64,000 nt of DNA from Candidatus Yanofskybacteria bacterium RIFCSPHIGHO2_02_FULL_43_17 (GTDB lineage Bacteria > Patescibacteriota > Minisyncoccia > 2-02-FULL-40-12 > GWA2-44-9): assembly GCA_001794435.1 (NCBI GenBank), contig MGJU01000014.1, positions 27,494 through 91,493 of the forward strand. Direction: 5' to 3'. The notes under the pieces are model-generated. The model worked only from the letters and a program-made list of their open reading frames with translations, did not search any database and was not told the origin of the DNA. Of this stretch, positions 28,063-38,284 are shown in pieces (within the stretch, counting starts at the first letter, position 1; every line of letters begins with the position of its first letter). The position numbers and the translations under genes were made by a program.

Positions 28063-28425
28063 ATGGACAAACTGTCGTTATTCAACCAGAACAATTCCGG
28101 TCAAAACCCTTCCGCCAGTTGGCGGACCGAACTGAAGACGGGATGGACGGTCAAGGTTTACCAAAAGATAAAAGAGGGCGATAAGTCCAGAGTTCAGGCA
28201 TTCGAAGGCATCATTATAGCCAAGAAGCACGGCAATGAACCCGGGGGAACAATAATCGTAAGGAAGGTTTCCGGTGGTATTGGAGTTGAGAAGACCTTTC
28301 CGCTTCACCTGCCCACAATCACGAAAATAGAAGTCGTGAAGAAATCCAGCACCAGAAAATCAAAACTCTATTACTTGAGAGACAAGTCTGCCAGAGAAAC
28401 AAGAAAGAAGATGAGAGCAGCTTAA
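28063..28425 (+). CDS. rplS: 50S ribosomal protein L19
   Basis: KIKEGDKSRVQAFEGIIIAKKHG...VRKVSGGIGVEKTFPLHLP. Confidence 0.9.
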   Translation: MDKLSLFNQNNSGQNPSASWRTELKTGWTVKVYQKIKEGDKSRVQAFEGIIIAKKHGNEPGGTIIVRKVSGGIGVEKTFPLHLPTITKIEVVKKSSTRKSKLYYLRDKSARETRKKMRAA

Positions 28426-28432
28426 ACTATTC

Positions 28433-28519
28433 GCGCGGGTGGCGAAACTGGCAGACGCACTACCTTGAGGTGGTAGCGGGGGCAACCCCATGGAGGTTCA
28501 AATCCTCTCCCGCGCACCA
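28433..28519 (+). tRNA. tRNA-Leu (anticodon GAG)
   Basis: long variable arm; anticodon loop UUGAGGU; CCA encoded. Confidence 0.85.
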
Positions 28520-28683
28520 ATAAGGGTACCATTAAAAAACTTCTGTTCTGTTTCTGTTGACAAAAGGACCGTTGGCCGACCAACGTATTCAAATTACCAT
28601 GGCGTGTGTATCGTCAGATGCGGAACAGTTGCAATACAGAGGAAATTGTCATATTTAAGTGAAATTTATTGCAATAAAATTCT

Positions 28684-28761
28684 GCGCGCGTAGCTCAGTT
28701 GGTTTAGAGCGACCGATTGACGTTCGGTAGGTCCCTGGTTCGAGTCCAGGCGCGCGCACCA
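28684..28761 (+). tRNA. tRNA-Val (anticodon GAC)
   Basis: anticodon loop UUGACGU; extended D-loop; CCA encoded. Confidence 0.8.
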
Positions 28762-28773
28762 AAATAGTAAATT

Positions 28774-28845
28774 GCCGGAGTAGCTCAGTGGTAGAGCGCA
28801 GCCCTGAAGAGGCTGGCGTCCGGTGTTCGATTCACCGCTCCGGCA
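28774..28845 (+). tRNA. tRNA-Phe (anticodon GAA)
   Basis: anticodon loop CUGAAGA; CCA not encoded. Confidence 0.8.
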
Positions 28846-28870
28846 CAAGGGTGTTATAATTTTTACGACT

Positions 28871-28941
28871 GCGGGTGTAGTACAGTGGTAGTACGCGACC
28901 TTGCCAAGGTCAAGACGAGGGTTCGATTCCCTTCACCCGCT
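28871..28941 (+). tRNA. tRNA-Gly (anticodon GCC)
   Basis: hallmark ACCUUGCCAAGGU anticodon arm; short tRNA; CCA not encoded. Confidence 0.85.
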
Positions 28942-29066
28942 CCGAGTCATACTCGGCTGCGCCCGAGGATGACGAGAGCCGAGTTGGACTCGGCCCATCG
29001 TCTCTGTTATATAAATATAAAATAATAATTTGAGTTGCGAAGTCTGACTTCGCAACGAATTTAGCT

Positions 29067-29222
29067 ATGAAAAGATATTACGTTTACATACTTTTATCTC
29101 TCAAGGATAACAAGCTATACACTGGATTTACCACAAATCTCAAGAAACGCCTCCAAGAGCATGCAAGAGGCGGAGTTAAATCTACTCAAAACTATATCGT
29201 CCGTTCAAGCCTGACTTTTTGA
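29067..29222 (+). pseudogene. truncated GIY-YIG nuclease gene fragment (51 codons)
   Basis: MKRYYVYILLSLKDNKLYTGFTTNLKKRLQEHARGG matches the N-terminal half of the GIY-YIG fold, then terminates. Confidence 0.55.
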
Positions 29223-29654
29223 AATAATACTCAGGCTCTCTCATGTTTATGACGTCCTATCCTCATAAACATAAGGCAAAGCCAATAATTCTCAATATTC
29301 CGCTACCTATCGGGCGGAATCAGTATGCTTATTATCAGACAGCTTCGATTTGACTTTTGGTTTCTAGGAGAGTATATTTAGGCTATTAACAAGTAAATAT
29401 AATTGCAAACGCATCATTACGAAGGACTAGTAGGTTACATAATCTAAGGCAAAAGCGAGCCTGGGGCGGTGAAAGCCAGGACCTGAAAAGTAACTGAACA
29501 CGTCTTCGGAGCGGTTAGCGAGAATGCCAGAATTGGCACAAGCTAAACGGTAGTCACTCTATCGTGAACTAGATAATTAAGTGCTCGGATTTCCTGAATA
29601 AGGCGTCTGAGAATAAGGATGGAACCACGGGATTCTCTTACTATCTAAGACTCT

Positions 29655-29715
29655 CGTTCCTTTTTTGCTATTCGAAAGAATAGTTATCAAGGAACGGGAG
29701 TCTTTTTGTTTAAAA
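29655..29715 (+). terminator. strong nested hairpin followed by T-tract
   Basis: GACTCTCGTTCCTT...AAGGAACGGGAGTC then TTTTTGTTT. Confidence 0.55.
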
Positions 29716-29795
29716 ACTTCCCGTAGAAGGAGGCAAAGGCCATGAATCACATCGGCTTCAGCCTTGGAGGTGCGGGTCCGCACCTCCTTCGTATG

Positions 29796-29868
29796 GTCCT
29801 GGTAGCTCAATAGAAGAGCGGTGCCCTGTGAAGGCATTGGTTGCGGGTGCAAGTCCCGTCCAGGACCC
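29796..29868 (+). tRNA. tRNA-His-like (anticodon GUG, G-1:C73) with atypical D- and T-loops
   Basis: 7-bp acceptor plus extra 5' G pairing with C73; anticodon loop CUGUGAA; D-loop AAUAGAA lacks GG; T-loop UGCAAGU lacks U55. Confidence 0.5.
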
Positions 29869-29988
29869 ATGAGTTATAAAAATAAGAAATTGCAGAAGAG
29901 TAAATTTAATCAGTTCAAGTATAGATTTGGACTTATTAAACTTGCTCTTATCAAGAGGGCAAGAGCTCTTTTCCAAAAGGAGGGTCGA

Positions 29989-30789
29989 ATGAGACTACAA
30001 CAAGTTGCTAGAATCATGGAGTCTCTAAGACTCCGCAATAAGGGACTTCGTCCAAACAATCAGAAGATTGATGAGTGGGTAGATAACTATATCCAACAAT
30101 GTATTCTGAAAGGTCAAAAGGTAGATATCTTAACTCAATGGTGTTTGTCTAAAGACCTGGAGACTAGATATCAAGTTCAGGGCAATAGATTCGAACCGCT
30201 ACAAGCTGAGATAGATTTACTGCAAAGAGAAATACCCCAAATCTTAAAAGTCTTTACTGACAATGGGGTGGGAGTTAACTGGTGGGTTACATTTAACGGA
30301 GCCTTTCTCGACAGAGGCAGAATTTCCAAAGAACCAACAAAAGAATATGCCGATATGTTAAGAGGTATTAGTACTTCTCCTGAGTTAATTCTGATGGACT
30401 GGGAAGAAGAGATACTCGGAGGCAATAGACCACAGCCGAGTCAAAAAGTTTTGGATGATTTCTTTGGCATAGTTCCAAGAAAGGCCTTCGACTTGGACTT
30501 TTCGAATTTGCTTGAACGGGTAAAGAAATATCCAGAATTTTCTAAAACAGAAGAAGAGTTAAAGAAGGAGTCACAATATAAGATTGCCTGCGAAGCTGAG
30601 GAGGGCAGGTTTCTGTTTAGTCCTGACTCACCATTTCCGTGTGGGCAGTTCATTCTGGTACCTTTGGAATTTCCCGAGAGATATATTTTCTTTGCTGTTT
30701 TGGCTCCTGAGTTCAAGAAGAGGATAGCTTCGATAGTAAAGTCATATCCGTGGAGAATGGATGCAGATAGCCTAAGCTACGAGCTCTAA
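29989..30789 (+). CDS. hypothetical protein
   Basis: AAGGAGG RBS 5 nt before ATG 29989; upstream in-frame extension would overlap the tRNA. Confidence 0.5.
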   Translation: MRLQQVARIMESLRLRNKGLRPNNQKIDEWVDNYIQQCILKGQKVDILTQWCLSKDLETRYQVQGNRFEPLQAEIDLLQREIPQILKVFTDNGVGVNWWVTFNGAFLDRGRISKEPTKEYADMLRGISTSPELILMDWEEEILGGNRPQPSQKVLDDFFGIVPRKAFDLDFSNLLERVKKYPEFSKTEEELKKESQYKIACEAEEGRFLFSPDSPFPCGQFILVPLEFPERYIFFAVLAPEFKKRIASIVKSYPWRMDADSLSYEL

Positions 30790-30800
30790 GGTAGAGCTTG

Positions 30801-30845
30801 CAAGCGGTGCGATAACCTCGCCCGCTTTTTCTTTTTTCAAAAACC
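30801..30845 (+). terminator. intrinsic terminator
   Basis: AAGCGG...CCCGCTT then TTTTCTTTTTT. Confidence 0.55.
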
Positions 30846-31000
30846 CTTGTTTTATAAGGGTTTTCTCATTTTTGGTGAGGGGTTTGTTGAAGAGGTTAAA
30901 ACTTCATGTAATGAGCGACGCTCGCCCCGAAAGGACGGCCCGCTCTTATGACGTCCTTAAAATACCGCTGTTTTTATTCTCAAGCCGCTATCAAAAACTC

Positions 31001-32866
31001 TTAGAAAAGATATCTTAAGATTGAAGGGATTGATAAGTGAAGAAAATCTTTATTGGTTTTCATGTTTGCCATTTTCAGATATGTGCGGAAATTGTTGCCA
31101 AATTTAACAGTTCTCGGCAAAGTTGATGCTAAATTTGACGTTGATACAGGTGAAAGCGTAAGATCGCCGGATACATACCAATTGGGATCAAAATTGACAT
31201 CCAGCTCAAAATCCATCAAACGAAATATGAAATCTTGATTAAACGCAGTCCCCTGATTGGCTCCATTTCCAATATTAGGCGAACTATCGTACCCGTTGGC
31301 AGCATACGCCCACGTTCCAGCGCCATCCAACACCAGATCCTGCGCTGTAGGATTGCCTTCAGTGTTATTGTTGTTCCAAATTTTTACATAACTTGTACCA
31401 ACGGCGCCATGTCGCCAGCTCCATTGAAGATTAGACCACTGTCCAACCGGCAAAGAAACGGTTGCGGTATCAGTATAATGATTAATATTTCTTTGCAGTG
31501 TGAAACACACATTGGCAGTATCCGTCCCGCCACAATTTGAACCGCTTTCCAAAAAACCTATGACCCGATTACCGGAACCAGCGCTACCAATATGCCAAAT
31601 GAAAAACTTAAGTTGGCGCCTAGTATCGCCTCCGGGGGCAACACTTATTGGGTTTTCAATATATATTCTCATTCTTCCATAAAAGGGCCCATTAGCTGGC
31701 CAAGAAGAATAAGCAGGTCTTGAATTGCTTTCTATCCAACCGGCGAGTTCTGAATTTTGGCCAGATTGAGACACGTCAAAATCACACCACTTGTATTGAG
31801 TGTATCCTCTATTACTCCAACCGCCGGAATTAAAATGAGTATTTTGCCAATAAACCCCGTTAGCGCATGTGCCTGACGGACGAACCTCTGAAAGGTTTCT
31901 CCATTGGCTGTTGGGGCTCCAATACATCTGATATGGGGTTGATTGAAATGGGATTCTGATTAAAACGTTGGTGCTTGGTGTTGGAGTCGGAGTTGGCGTA
32001 GGTGTCAGAGTAGGAGTCGGTGTTGGAGTAGGCGTTGGAGTCGGGGTAACGCTTGGTGTCGGAGTCGGAGTTGGTGTTGGTGTTGGGGTCGGAGTTGGTG
32101 TCGGCGTTGGAGTGGGTGTGGGTGTCGGTGTAACTCCTCCCCTATCAGAGATAGCCCTTATTTTGAAAAAATCGTATCTTGGGTCATTATCGTTGTCTGC
32201 TGCTCGTCCGCCAATACCAGACTGAATGTGGACCGCGTCATCAAGCCTTGCGGTATTAGTATCGGTAAAAGTTCCGTTGGGTGACCCATTAATACCTATC
32301 CATCCCGGGTCAGAGGGTTTGACGGAACCGTGATTCACAACCCATGCATTTAATACTACGTTAGCTCCTACTGCTCCGGAAGCCGATAATCGCACGGTAT
32401 AAAAATTACCTGATGTCACGGTAACACCGCTTACTATTGCTCCAAGAATCGTTCTTACGCCGGCATTGTAACGCGCGAGTTGGAGAGTCCTTGTAGACGC
32501 TTCAAGATAAACGGCGTAAAAGTCGTTTCTGCCGGCATCTTGAACTCGCACAGCGGTCATTGGGGTACGAGTAGCTGTTGCGGCTCCGGTTATCTGAGCC
32601 TCATGTTCTATGCTGCCGGGATTACTTACAGAATAGCGAAACAATGATGTAAGAGCCGTGTTGCCGTCTAAATCGAGGGTGGTGGCATCCCAAACAGCAG
32701 AGCCGAGGTTTATGGTCCAGCGAGATGGAGAAAATGGATTGGTGTCGAAGTTGTCTGAAGATTCAAAAGCAACGGCAAATTGCGGATTTATTAAAGACAC
32801 TGCGAAAATAGCAACAAAGAACGCTACGACCCTAAGTCTAAAATTAAAATATTTGTTATTTTTCAT
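31001..32866 (-). CDS. large secreted protein with (TP)n linker and jelly-roll/lectin-like domains
   Basis: signal peptide; ~50-residue TPTPTP linker; Trp/Asn/Gly-rich beta-type domains; function unknown. Confidence 0.5.
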   Translation of the reverse strand: MKNNKYFNFRLRVVAFFVAIFAVSLINPQFAVAFESSDNFDTNPFSPSRWTINLGSAVWDATTLDLDGNTALTSLFRYSVSNPGSIEHEAQITGAATATRTPMTAVRVQDAGRNDFYAVYLEASTRTLQLARYNAGVRTILGAIVSGVTVTSGNFYTVRLSASGAVGANVVLNAWVVNHGSVKPSDPGWIGINGSPNGTFTDTNTARLDDAVHIQSGIGGRAADNDNDPRYDFFKIRAISDRGGVTPTPTPTPTPTPTPTPTPTPTPTPTPSVTPTPTPTPTPTPTLTPTPTPTPTPSTNVLIRIPFQSTPYQMYWSPNSQWRNLSEVRPSGTCANGVYWQNTHFNSGGWSNRGYTQYKWCDFDVSQSGQNSELAGWIESNSRPAYSSWPANGPFYGRMRIYIENPISVAPGGDTRRQLKFFIWHIGSAGSGNRVIGFLESGSNCGGTDTANVCFTLQRNINHYTDTATVSLPVGQWSNLQWSWRHGAVGTSYVKIWNNNNTEGNPTAQDLVLDGAGTWAYAANGYDSSPNIGNGANQGTAFNQDFIFRLMDFELDVNFDPNWYVSGDLTLSPVSTSNLASTLPRTVKFGNNFRTYLKMANMKTNKDFLHLSIPSILRYLF

Positions 32867-32993
32867 AAGAGAAAATATACCACAAGAAATTTTAAGCGCC
32901 AAATTTGTTGATGAGGGGCGGGATAACTGTCCTGTTTTTAATAACCAAAACCCCGCACGGAGGCACTGTCGGGGTTCGGATAAAATTGTCTAT

Positions 32994-35831
32994 TTATTGT
33001 ATGGCATCCCCCTCCGTCCACGAATCCAGCTCCGTCTGATTTACGGGAGAAACATGTTGCCAGTTGTAACCATTGCGGTCAAAAGCTTCTTTGGTTTGGA
33101 TCCAATGTCGTCGGTTGTTTTGTATAAGATAGACCCTGGAATCCCCCGATACTCGGATAAGAGTGTTGTCGTCGATAAGAGATAGCTCAGACGGTTCAAC
33201 TTCTACAACATCGCTGAATCTGTTGCCGTAGGACAGGAATACATCTGCAGTCGGTATCCAGCGTTTTAATCCTGTTTCTGTTATGTAGTATACTTTCGTG
33301 TCTCCTCTGGCCCTGAGAAGGTTTGCGCGTGAATAGTTACGCTCTTCCGAGTTGGAACGCTTTTCGATCTTGGTCCAATCCAGGTTAAGAGAATTAAAGA
33401 TGCTGGGGTTGGTAATCCATTTTATTTTTTCTCCGATGACTATGTATACCTTGGGGCTGCCTTCAAAGGTAACAACCTTGGGTTTAGGTGTGGGTGTGGG
33501 TTTGGGAGTAGGTGACGGATGTGGACACCAACCTTCGGCTGGTTCAGGAGGAAGACATCTGGGACCGGAAATGGCATCGAGACAAGCCGGGCGAACTACA
33601 CAAGTGGGTGTGGGTGTGCGAGTTGGTGTGGGCGTCGGAGTCGGTGTAGGCGTACGAGTTGGCGTAGGTGTCACGGTTGGCGTCGGAGTAGGCGTGCGGG
33701 TTGGTGTGGGCGTAGGCGTCGGAGTAGGAGTCGGAGTCCTGGATGGCGTGGGTGTTGGAGTTGGAGTCGGCGTCGGCGTAGGAGTCGGGGTTGGTGTAGG
33801 GGTTGGTGTGGTCGTGCCAGTTCCAATATATGAGGTGCTGATTTTAACATCGTCATAGTAGATGTCTTGATTATGCGAGGGAACGCCTTCGGTCAAATAA
33901 TCCGAAATCATCGCAAAGTTGGTGCCTTTAGTGAAATCATCGCCATAAGTTCCGTTCCAAGGCACACGCCATCTGATGTTACTGTAATCCGCCACCTGCT
34001 GACCGTTAATCCACATCTGGAAAATTCCATTATCCTGACTTGGATCATTTAATCTGCGGCGAGCTTCAATCGTATACCATTGACCAGATTGCACTCTGTA
34101 TGGGTTGGCGGTCCTATTATATCCCGCCAAATTCGGACCTACCCAAAACCACTGACCGCTAGCCGCTTGTTTATTATTGCCTTCTGCTCCAAAGTTACCG
34201 TCATAACTTTGAACTATCAAATAATGCGAAACCCACGGATTACAGCAAGGACTGTCATGTCTTCTTGAGTCTTGGGTGCCGATAATGAATTGTTTCGGGT
34301 TAGCATTAAAATCAAATCCCGGGGAATAATATACTTTCCATTGAACATAGACGTCATTATAGCGGTTACCCTGTCCGGAACTCCAGACTGGGCCGGCGAT
34401 TGAATCGCCGAAATGCTGGGTACCAAAACTTGTCTGATCACCGGTCTGACCCGCGGTTAACGCATGCCTTAGAGCATAATTACCACTATTACGAACAGTG
34501 GTCTGGACAGTGAATTGATTACTGCTTTGAAGACTACCCTGACTGGCACTATTAAACGACCCTGCCTTGCTACCTGATTCCCAGCCTTCGTTGAAGAAAA
34601 TACCCGCTCCGGGTGTGGGCGTAGGAGTCAGCGTCGGTGTAGGAGTAGGAGTCGGTGTCAATTGAGTCCTGAATGTCTGATTAGCAGAAGTGGCTAGATT
34701 GTTTGACGCATCTCTTGATCTGACCCTGTATGTATAGAGGGTGTTGGGAAGAAGGGTGGATACATTGATAGAATGGGAGGTTCTGGTTCCGGCTACTAGC
34801 GGTGTAAGACAATTAGTAGTTCCCGGGCAGACGCCATTCATGAATTCTACTTGAGAATTTGCTCCTTCGTTGGTGGTCCAGTTAATAGTGGCGCTGTATT
34901 GGCCAAGATTAGTTACATTGATGCCTGAGATGACTGGAGGAGTTGTGTCGGGTGTTGGAGTAGGCGTCGGTGTAGGAGTCGGGGTTGGTGTTGGCGTTGG
35001 TGTTGGTGTGGGGGTTGGTGTGGGGGTTGGAGTGCTACCCGTTACAAACCCTGCCGGAGGGTTTGGCCTTGTCTGCGTTACCATGATACGGCCAATGTCA
35101 ATATATGCACCTGCCGAACCCCCGGAAGTCTGTTCAATATAGGCGAGTAATCGCGCGACATCCCATGTTGTGCTCCATGACCTGGTATCACTATTTGAGA
35201 TATGACCTGCGATGGATCCGTCCTGGCTGTAAATCCATAATTCCGTATGGTCGTTCACAAGTCCCATAATCACATAATACCATTGGTTGTGTCCGCCGGG
35301 CGCCTCCTGATATCGGTGATTACTACCTAAACTATTTTGGTTGTTACCAAATTCATCGCGACATCCATCTCCGTTGGCATTTGTACAAGTTAAGAAAGTG
35401 CGATGCCCCACTGCCTGCCAGTTAAAAATAGTCGGCCGAAATGGCACGCCTCCCCCGGCATCAGTAACAGGGTAAAACATTGCAAACTTGAATTCACCGC
35501 CTACATGAGAGCTAGTCCATGTGGGGCCTACCCGCATGATAAATGATGTGTATATGCTGTTGGTTCCAGTATTCGGGTGATTGAGCGAATATCCGTCGTC
35601 ATCCTCACCCTGAGATACTGTGGTCCATCTGTAGTAACCTTCAGAACCGTTCCAAGATCCATCAGTGCGCCACTGACGCGTAAAATGAGGGTTGTTTGTG
35701 CCAGGGATCTGCGCATCGTGTTGGGCTTGAGTAGAGACAAGTTCTCCCCATCCAATGGCCATAGCCGTTGTCGGAAATATTACGATGCTTATTGCAAAAA
35801 CAAGTCCTGTCAAAAAATTGCGGTATTTCAT
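32994..35831 (-). CDS. giant secreted multidomain protein (FN3-like domain, concanavalin-like domain, several PT linkers, C-terminal duplicated KVYxI..WI motif)
   Basis: signal peptide [25 protein letters not shown]; FN3-like block [14 protein letters not shown]...YTYRVRSRD; four PT/TPTP linkers. Confidence 0.5.
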   Translation of the reverse strand: MKYRNFLTGLVFAISIVIFPTTAMAIGWGELVSTQAQHDAQIPGTNNPHFTRQWRTDGSWNGSEGYYRWTTVSQGEDDDGYSLNHPNTGTNSIYTSFIMRVGPTWTSSHVGGEFKFAMFYPVTDAGGGVPFRPTIFNWQAVGHRTFLTCTNANGDGCRDEFGNNQNSLGSNHRYQEAPGGHNQWYYVIMGLVNDHTELWIYSQDGSIAGHISNSDTRSWSTTWDVARLLAYIEQTSGGSAGAYIDIGRIMVTQTRPNPPAGFVTGSTPTPTPTPTPTPTPTPTPTPTPTPTPTPDTTPPVISGINVTNLGQYSATINWTTNEGANSQVEFMNGVCPGTTNCLTPLVAGTRTSHSINVSTLLPNTLYTYRVRSRDASNNLATSANQTFRTQLTPTPTPTPTLTPTPTPGAGIFFNEGWESGSKAGSFNSASQGSLQSSNQFTVQTTVRNSGNYALRHALTAGQTGDQTSFGTQHFGDSIAGPVWSSGQGNRYNDVYVQWKVYYSPGFDFNANPKQFIIGTQDSRRHDSPCCNPWVSHYLIVQSYDGNFGAEGNNKQAASGQWFWVGPNLAGYNRTANPYRVQSGQWYTIEARRRLNDPSQDNGIFQMWINGQQVADYSNIRWRVPWNGTYGDDFTKGTNFAMISDYLTEGVPSHNQDIYYDDVKISTSYIGTGTTTPTPTPTPTPTPTPTPTPTPTPSRTPTPTPTPTPTPTRTPTPTPTVTPTPTRTPTPTPTPTPTRTPTPTCVVRPACLDAISGPRCLPPEPAEGWCPHPSPTPKPTPTPKPKVVTFEGSPKVYIVIGEKIKWITNPSIFNSLNLDWTKIEKRSNSEERNYSRANLLRARGDTKVYYITETGLKRWIPTADVFLSYGNRFSDVVEVEPSELSLIDDNTLIRVSGDSRVYLIQNNRRHWIQTKEAFDRNGYNWQHVSPVNQTELDSWTEGDAIQ

Positions 35832-36148
35832 ATGTTTAATATTAGTAGTTAAAAATAAATACGAGTAATAATTTCCAGCAACAACTATCTTGCCCTGCCT
35901 AGAGCGCAATAATCATGTTGCCGAAATTTTTACCTCTATTTATATAAATTATACGCAACTTAATTATACACAATTACGATACGGAGCAACAATGGTCAAA
36001 AAACCGATAGATATCCACAACCCGTACCAAGGAACACGCGGGCTTTGCGGGCGGCGGCAGAGCACTTGTCTGCCGATAGGTAGGGCTTTCTCGGTTCAAA
36101 AATTTTTGATAAGGTATGTCCTAGCTAAGCTGTAAGCATACTGCGACC

Positions 36149-36622
36149 ATGTTTATTCTGAATATTTTCTCAAGGATGCACAAATCGATAAGACACAAGG
36201 TTACTACCCAAGAACCCGGTCTTTATGTTTCTCTGATATTTCCCATTGCCGTCGCCTTCTTGCTTACATTTACGGTTGCCAGAGTTATCAGTTATCTTGT
36301 CCCCTCTCTTGGTGTATTTATAAACGACTTCAGAGTTCATCATTTTACTTGGGGTATTTTTATTTTGGCTGTTTCTGGCTATCTGGCATTGGTATTTGAC
36401 GAAGCCAGGGCCAAATATCTCATCTCGCTTCTTTATGGCTTCGGTTTGGGCCTTACCTTTGACGAATTTGCTTTTTGGCTTAAGTTAACCGATGACGATC
36501 CGGCGCGTTGGAGTTACGACGGATTTCTTTTAGTTGCCGGCTTTTTATTCTTGATCATCTCGGCAAAATCCGGAGTAAAAATGCTCAAAAAACTGTGGCC
36601 CTTTAGGGGGTTGACTTTTTGA
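36149..36622 (+). CDS. hypothetical membrane protein
   Basis: three to four TM helices. Confidence 0.45.
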   Translation: MFILNIFSRMHKSIRHKVTTQEPGLYVSLIFPIAVAFLLTFTVARVISYLVPSLGVFINDFRVHHFTWGIFILAVSGYLALVFDEARAKYLISLLYGFGLGLTFDEFAFWLKLTDDDPARWSYDGFLLVAGFLFLIISAKSGVKMLKKLWPFRGLTF

Positions 36623-36735
36623 CTCGAATCTGCTATACTTATAGCATAACCTCAAGAAGGGTCTAAATACAAAGAGATGGCTTGCTAAGCCGTTTTTTTG
36701 TACCCAAATTAATCCTTTCCAGAGGCAAAAATATG

Positions 36736-37263
36736 AATAAAAAACTAAGGTATACGGTGGTTCTTTTTATCCTAATTTCAGCGTTCTCAAGCGGCATTGA
36801 TGCCAAGGCCGGATTGTTCGACTGGATCAACGGCGGAAATACAGAGTGGACATTCGAAAACATTTACGAAAATATTGCCAGCCAAACCGACAAGTCGAAT
36901 CCCGCTATTCAGGAGGTTGTCGTTTTGGAGTCCAAAAACCCCATAACACCGGCCAGAACTAAAACCGACTCCGTGAAGGAATATGTCGTTACCGCAACGG
37001 CTTACTCTTCTACGGTTGACCAGACGGACGATACCCCGTTCATAACCGCTTCGGGAACATATGTAAGAGATGGTATTGCTGCAGCAAACTTCTTGCCGTT
37101 CGGTACTGTGTTCAAAATACCAGATCTATACGGTGACAAAATATTCATCGTTGAGGACAGGATGAACAAAAGATACTGGCACCGGGTAGACATCTGGTTC
37201 CCAGAAAGACAGATGGCCAGAGAGTTCGGAGTCAAACAGATCCGGATCGAGATCGTCTCATAA
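36736..37263 (+). CDS. 3D-domain (MltA C-terminal-like) secreted protein
   Basis: signal peptide; VTATAYSS...DDTPFITASGT...GTVFKIPDLYGDKIFIVEDRMNKRYWHRVDIW 3D-domain pattern. Confidence 0.7.
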   Translation, partial: NKKLRYTVVLFILISAFSSGIDAKAGLFDWINGGNTEWTFENIYENIASQTDKSNPAIQEVVVLESKNPITPARTKTDSVKEYVVTATAYSSTVDQTDDTPFITASGTYVRDGIAAANFLPFGTVFKIPDLYGDKIFIVEDRMNKRYWHRVDIWFPERQMAREFGVKQIRIEIVS

Positions 37264-37291
37264 CCATTCGACGAGTCACAACCAACAACCT

Positions 37292-37320
37292 AAAACCCGC
37301 AAAAGCGGGTTTTAGGTTTT
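37292..37320. terminator. bidirectional intrinsic terminator
   Basis: AAAACCCGCAAAAGCGGGTTTT between convergent genes. Confidence 0.7.
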
Positions 37321-37930
37321 ATAGTTGTGGCCTATATTTTGTGTTGTTGCGCATAAGTCCGGCTATTTCCTCAAGACGCTCTTTAGGTACCGTCACGCCT
37401 ATTGATCTGGTCTGATCATGGGTTGATAACCCCTCCTCATGATCGAAAAAAAGTAGACCGTTTTTTTCTGCCAGGTCTTTGGCTTTTCTGGCATTAGTTT
37501 CAAATTCAGCTTGAAATCTCTTTTCTTCCTCTTCGTCTTCAACACCATAGATATCTTTTAATCCTGTGTTATCTATTCCGAAAAATATGTCCACCGAACT
37601 ACCGTCTTCTGCAATACTAATCGGAATTTCAGGCAAATCGTACTCTTTCAAACTTCCTTCGCGAATCAAGATCCTTATCAATACATCGTTTTTATCTAGA
37701 CCTAGCTTTTTACCTATTTCCAAGAGTTTTAAATGAGCCCTGTGTTTTTCTTTATTTACAAAGGCAAGCATCCGCTGCCGTTCAAAATCATTTGAGCCGC
37801 CCCTTCTCCCTTTTTCTATGTCCCTTATCTCTTGGACAAGCCCCCAATATTCTCCGATCAGTCTATTAAACAGAGACTTAATCTCATAATTTGGAACCTC
37901 CGGTCTAAATCTAAATGGACCCTTTTTCAT
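37319..37930 (-). CDS. hypothetical protein
   Basis: soluble, acidic C-terminus; no motif recognised. Confidence 0.45.
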   Translation of the reverse strand: MKKGPFRFRPEVPNYEIKSLFNRLIGEYWGLVQEIRDIEKGRRGGSNDFERQRMLAFVNKEKHRAHLKLLEIGKKLGLDKNDVLIRILIREGSLKEYDLPEIPISIAEDGSSVDIFFGIDNTGLKDIYGVEDEEEEKRFQAEFETNARKAKDLAEKNGLLFFDHEEGLSTHDQTRSIGVTVPKERLEEIAGLMRNNTKYRPQL

Positions 37931-38066
37931 ATTGCCATTGTATTAATAGATTTAATAATGGTGTCACTTTTTTATGGAATCCTCGATAACCTTGTCCAGT
38001 ATTCTTGAAATAGTGCGAACCGTTTTCGCCCCGCCACGACGGGGCGAGGCATTGACTTTTCCAACG

Positions 38067-38142
38067 TGGTGCGCCCACCAGGGCTCGAACCTGGGACAAA
38101 TCGATTAAGAGTCGATTGCTCTACCAACTGAGCTATGGGCGC
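38067..38142 (-). tRNA. tRNA-Lys (anticodon CUU)
   Basis: anticodon loop CUCUUAA; CCA encoded; GC hairpin terminator downstream at 38020-38050. Confidence 0.85.
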
Positions 38143-38166
38143 ATATCGTTTGATTTTATCAAATTC

Positions 38167-38241
38167 TGGTGCCCCCGCCAGGGCTCGAACCCGGAATTCG
38201 ACGTCCGAAGCGTCGCGTGATATCCATTTCACTACAGGGGC
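38167..38241 (-). tRNA. tRNA-Arg (anticodon UCG)
   Basis: anticodon loop CUUCGGA; CCA encoded. Confidence 0.8.
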
Positions 38242-38284
38242 ATGACTACGGGATTATTATACCAGAAAATCCGGATTTTTCAAT

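Noticed and set aside
29821-29988. Upstream extension of the 29989 ORF (MPCEGIGCGCKSRPGPMSYKNKK...)
   Set aside because: It would overlap the tRNA-His-like gene. A strong AAGGAGG RBS sits before ATG 29989.
31968-32225. ORFs encoding (GV)n / Arg-Trp-rich low-complexity peptides on the plus strand (also 33352-33858, 33519-33833, 34870-35142)
   Set aside because: They are antisense readings of the ACN-CCN repeats that encode the (TP)n linkers of the real minus-strand secreted proteins. They are not independent genes and not CRISPR-like repeats.
35890-36135. 81-aa plus-strand ORF between the giant secreted protein and the membrane protein
   Set aside because: No RBS or motif. It lies in the promoter region of divergent genes and is probably non-coding.
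37972-38232. 86-aa ORF overlapping tRNA-Lys/tRNA-Arg, and 67-aa ORF 28490-28693 overlapping tRNA-Leu/Val
   Set aside because: The regions are fully explained by tRNA genes and their terminators.
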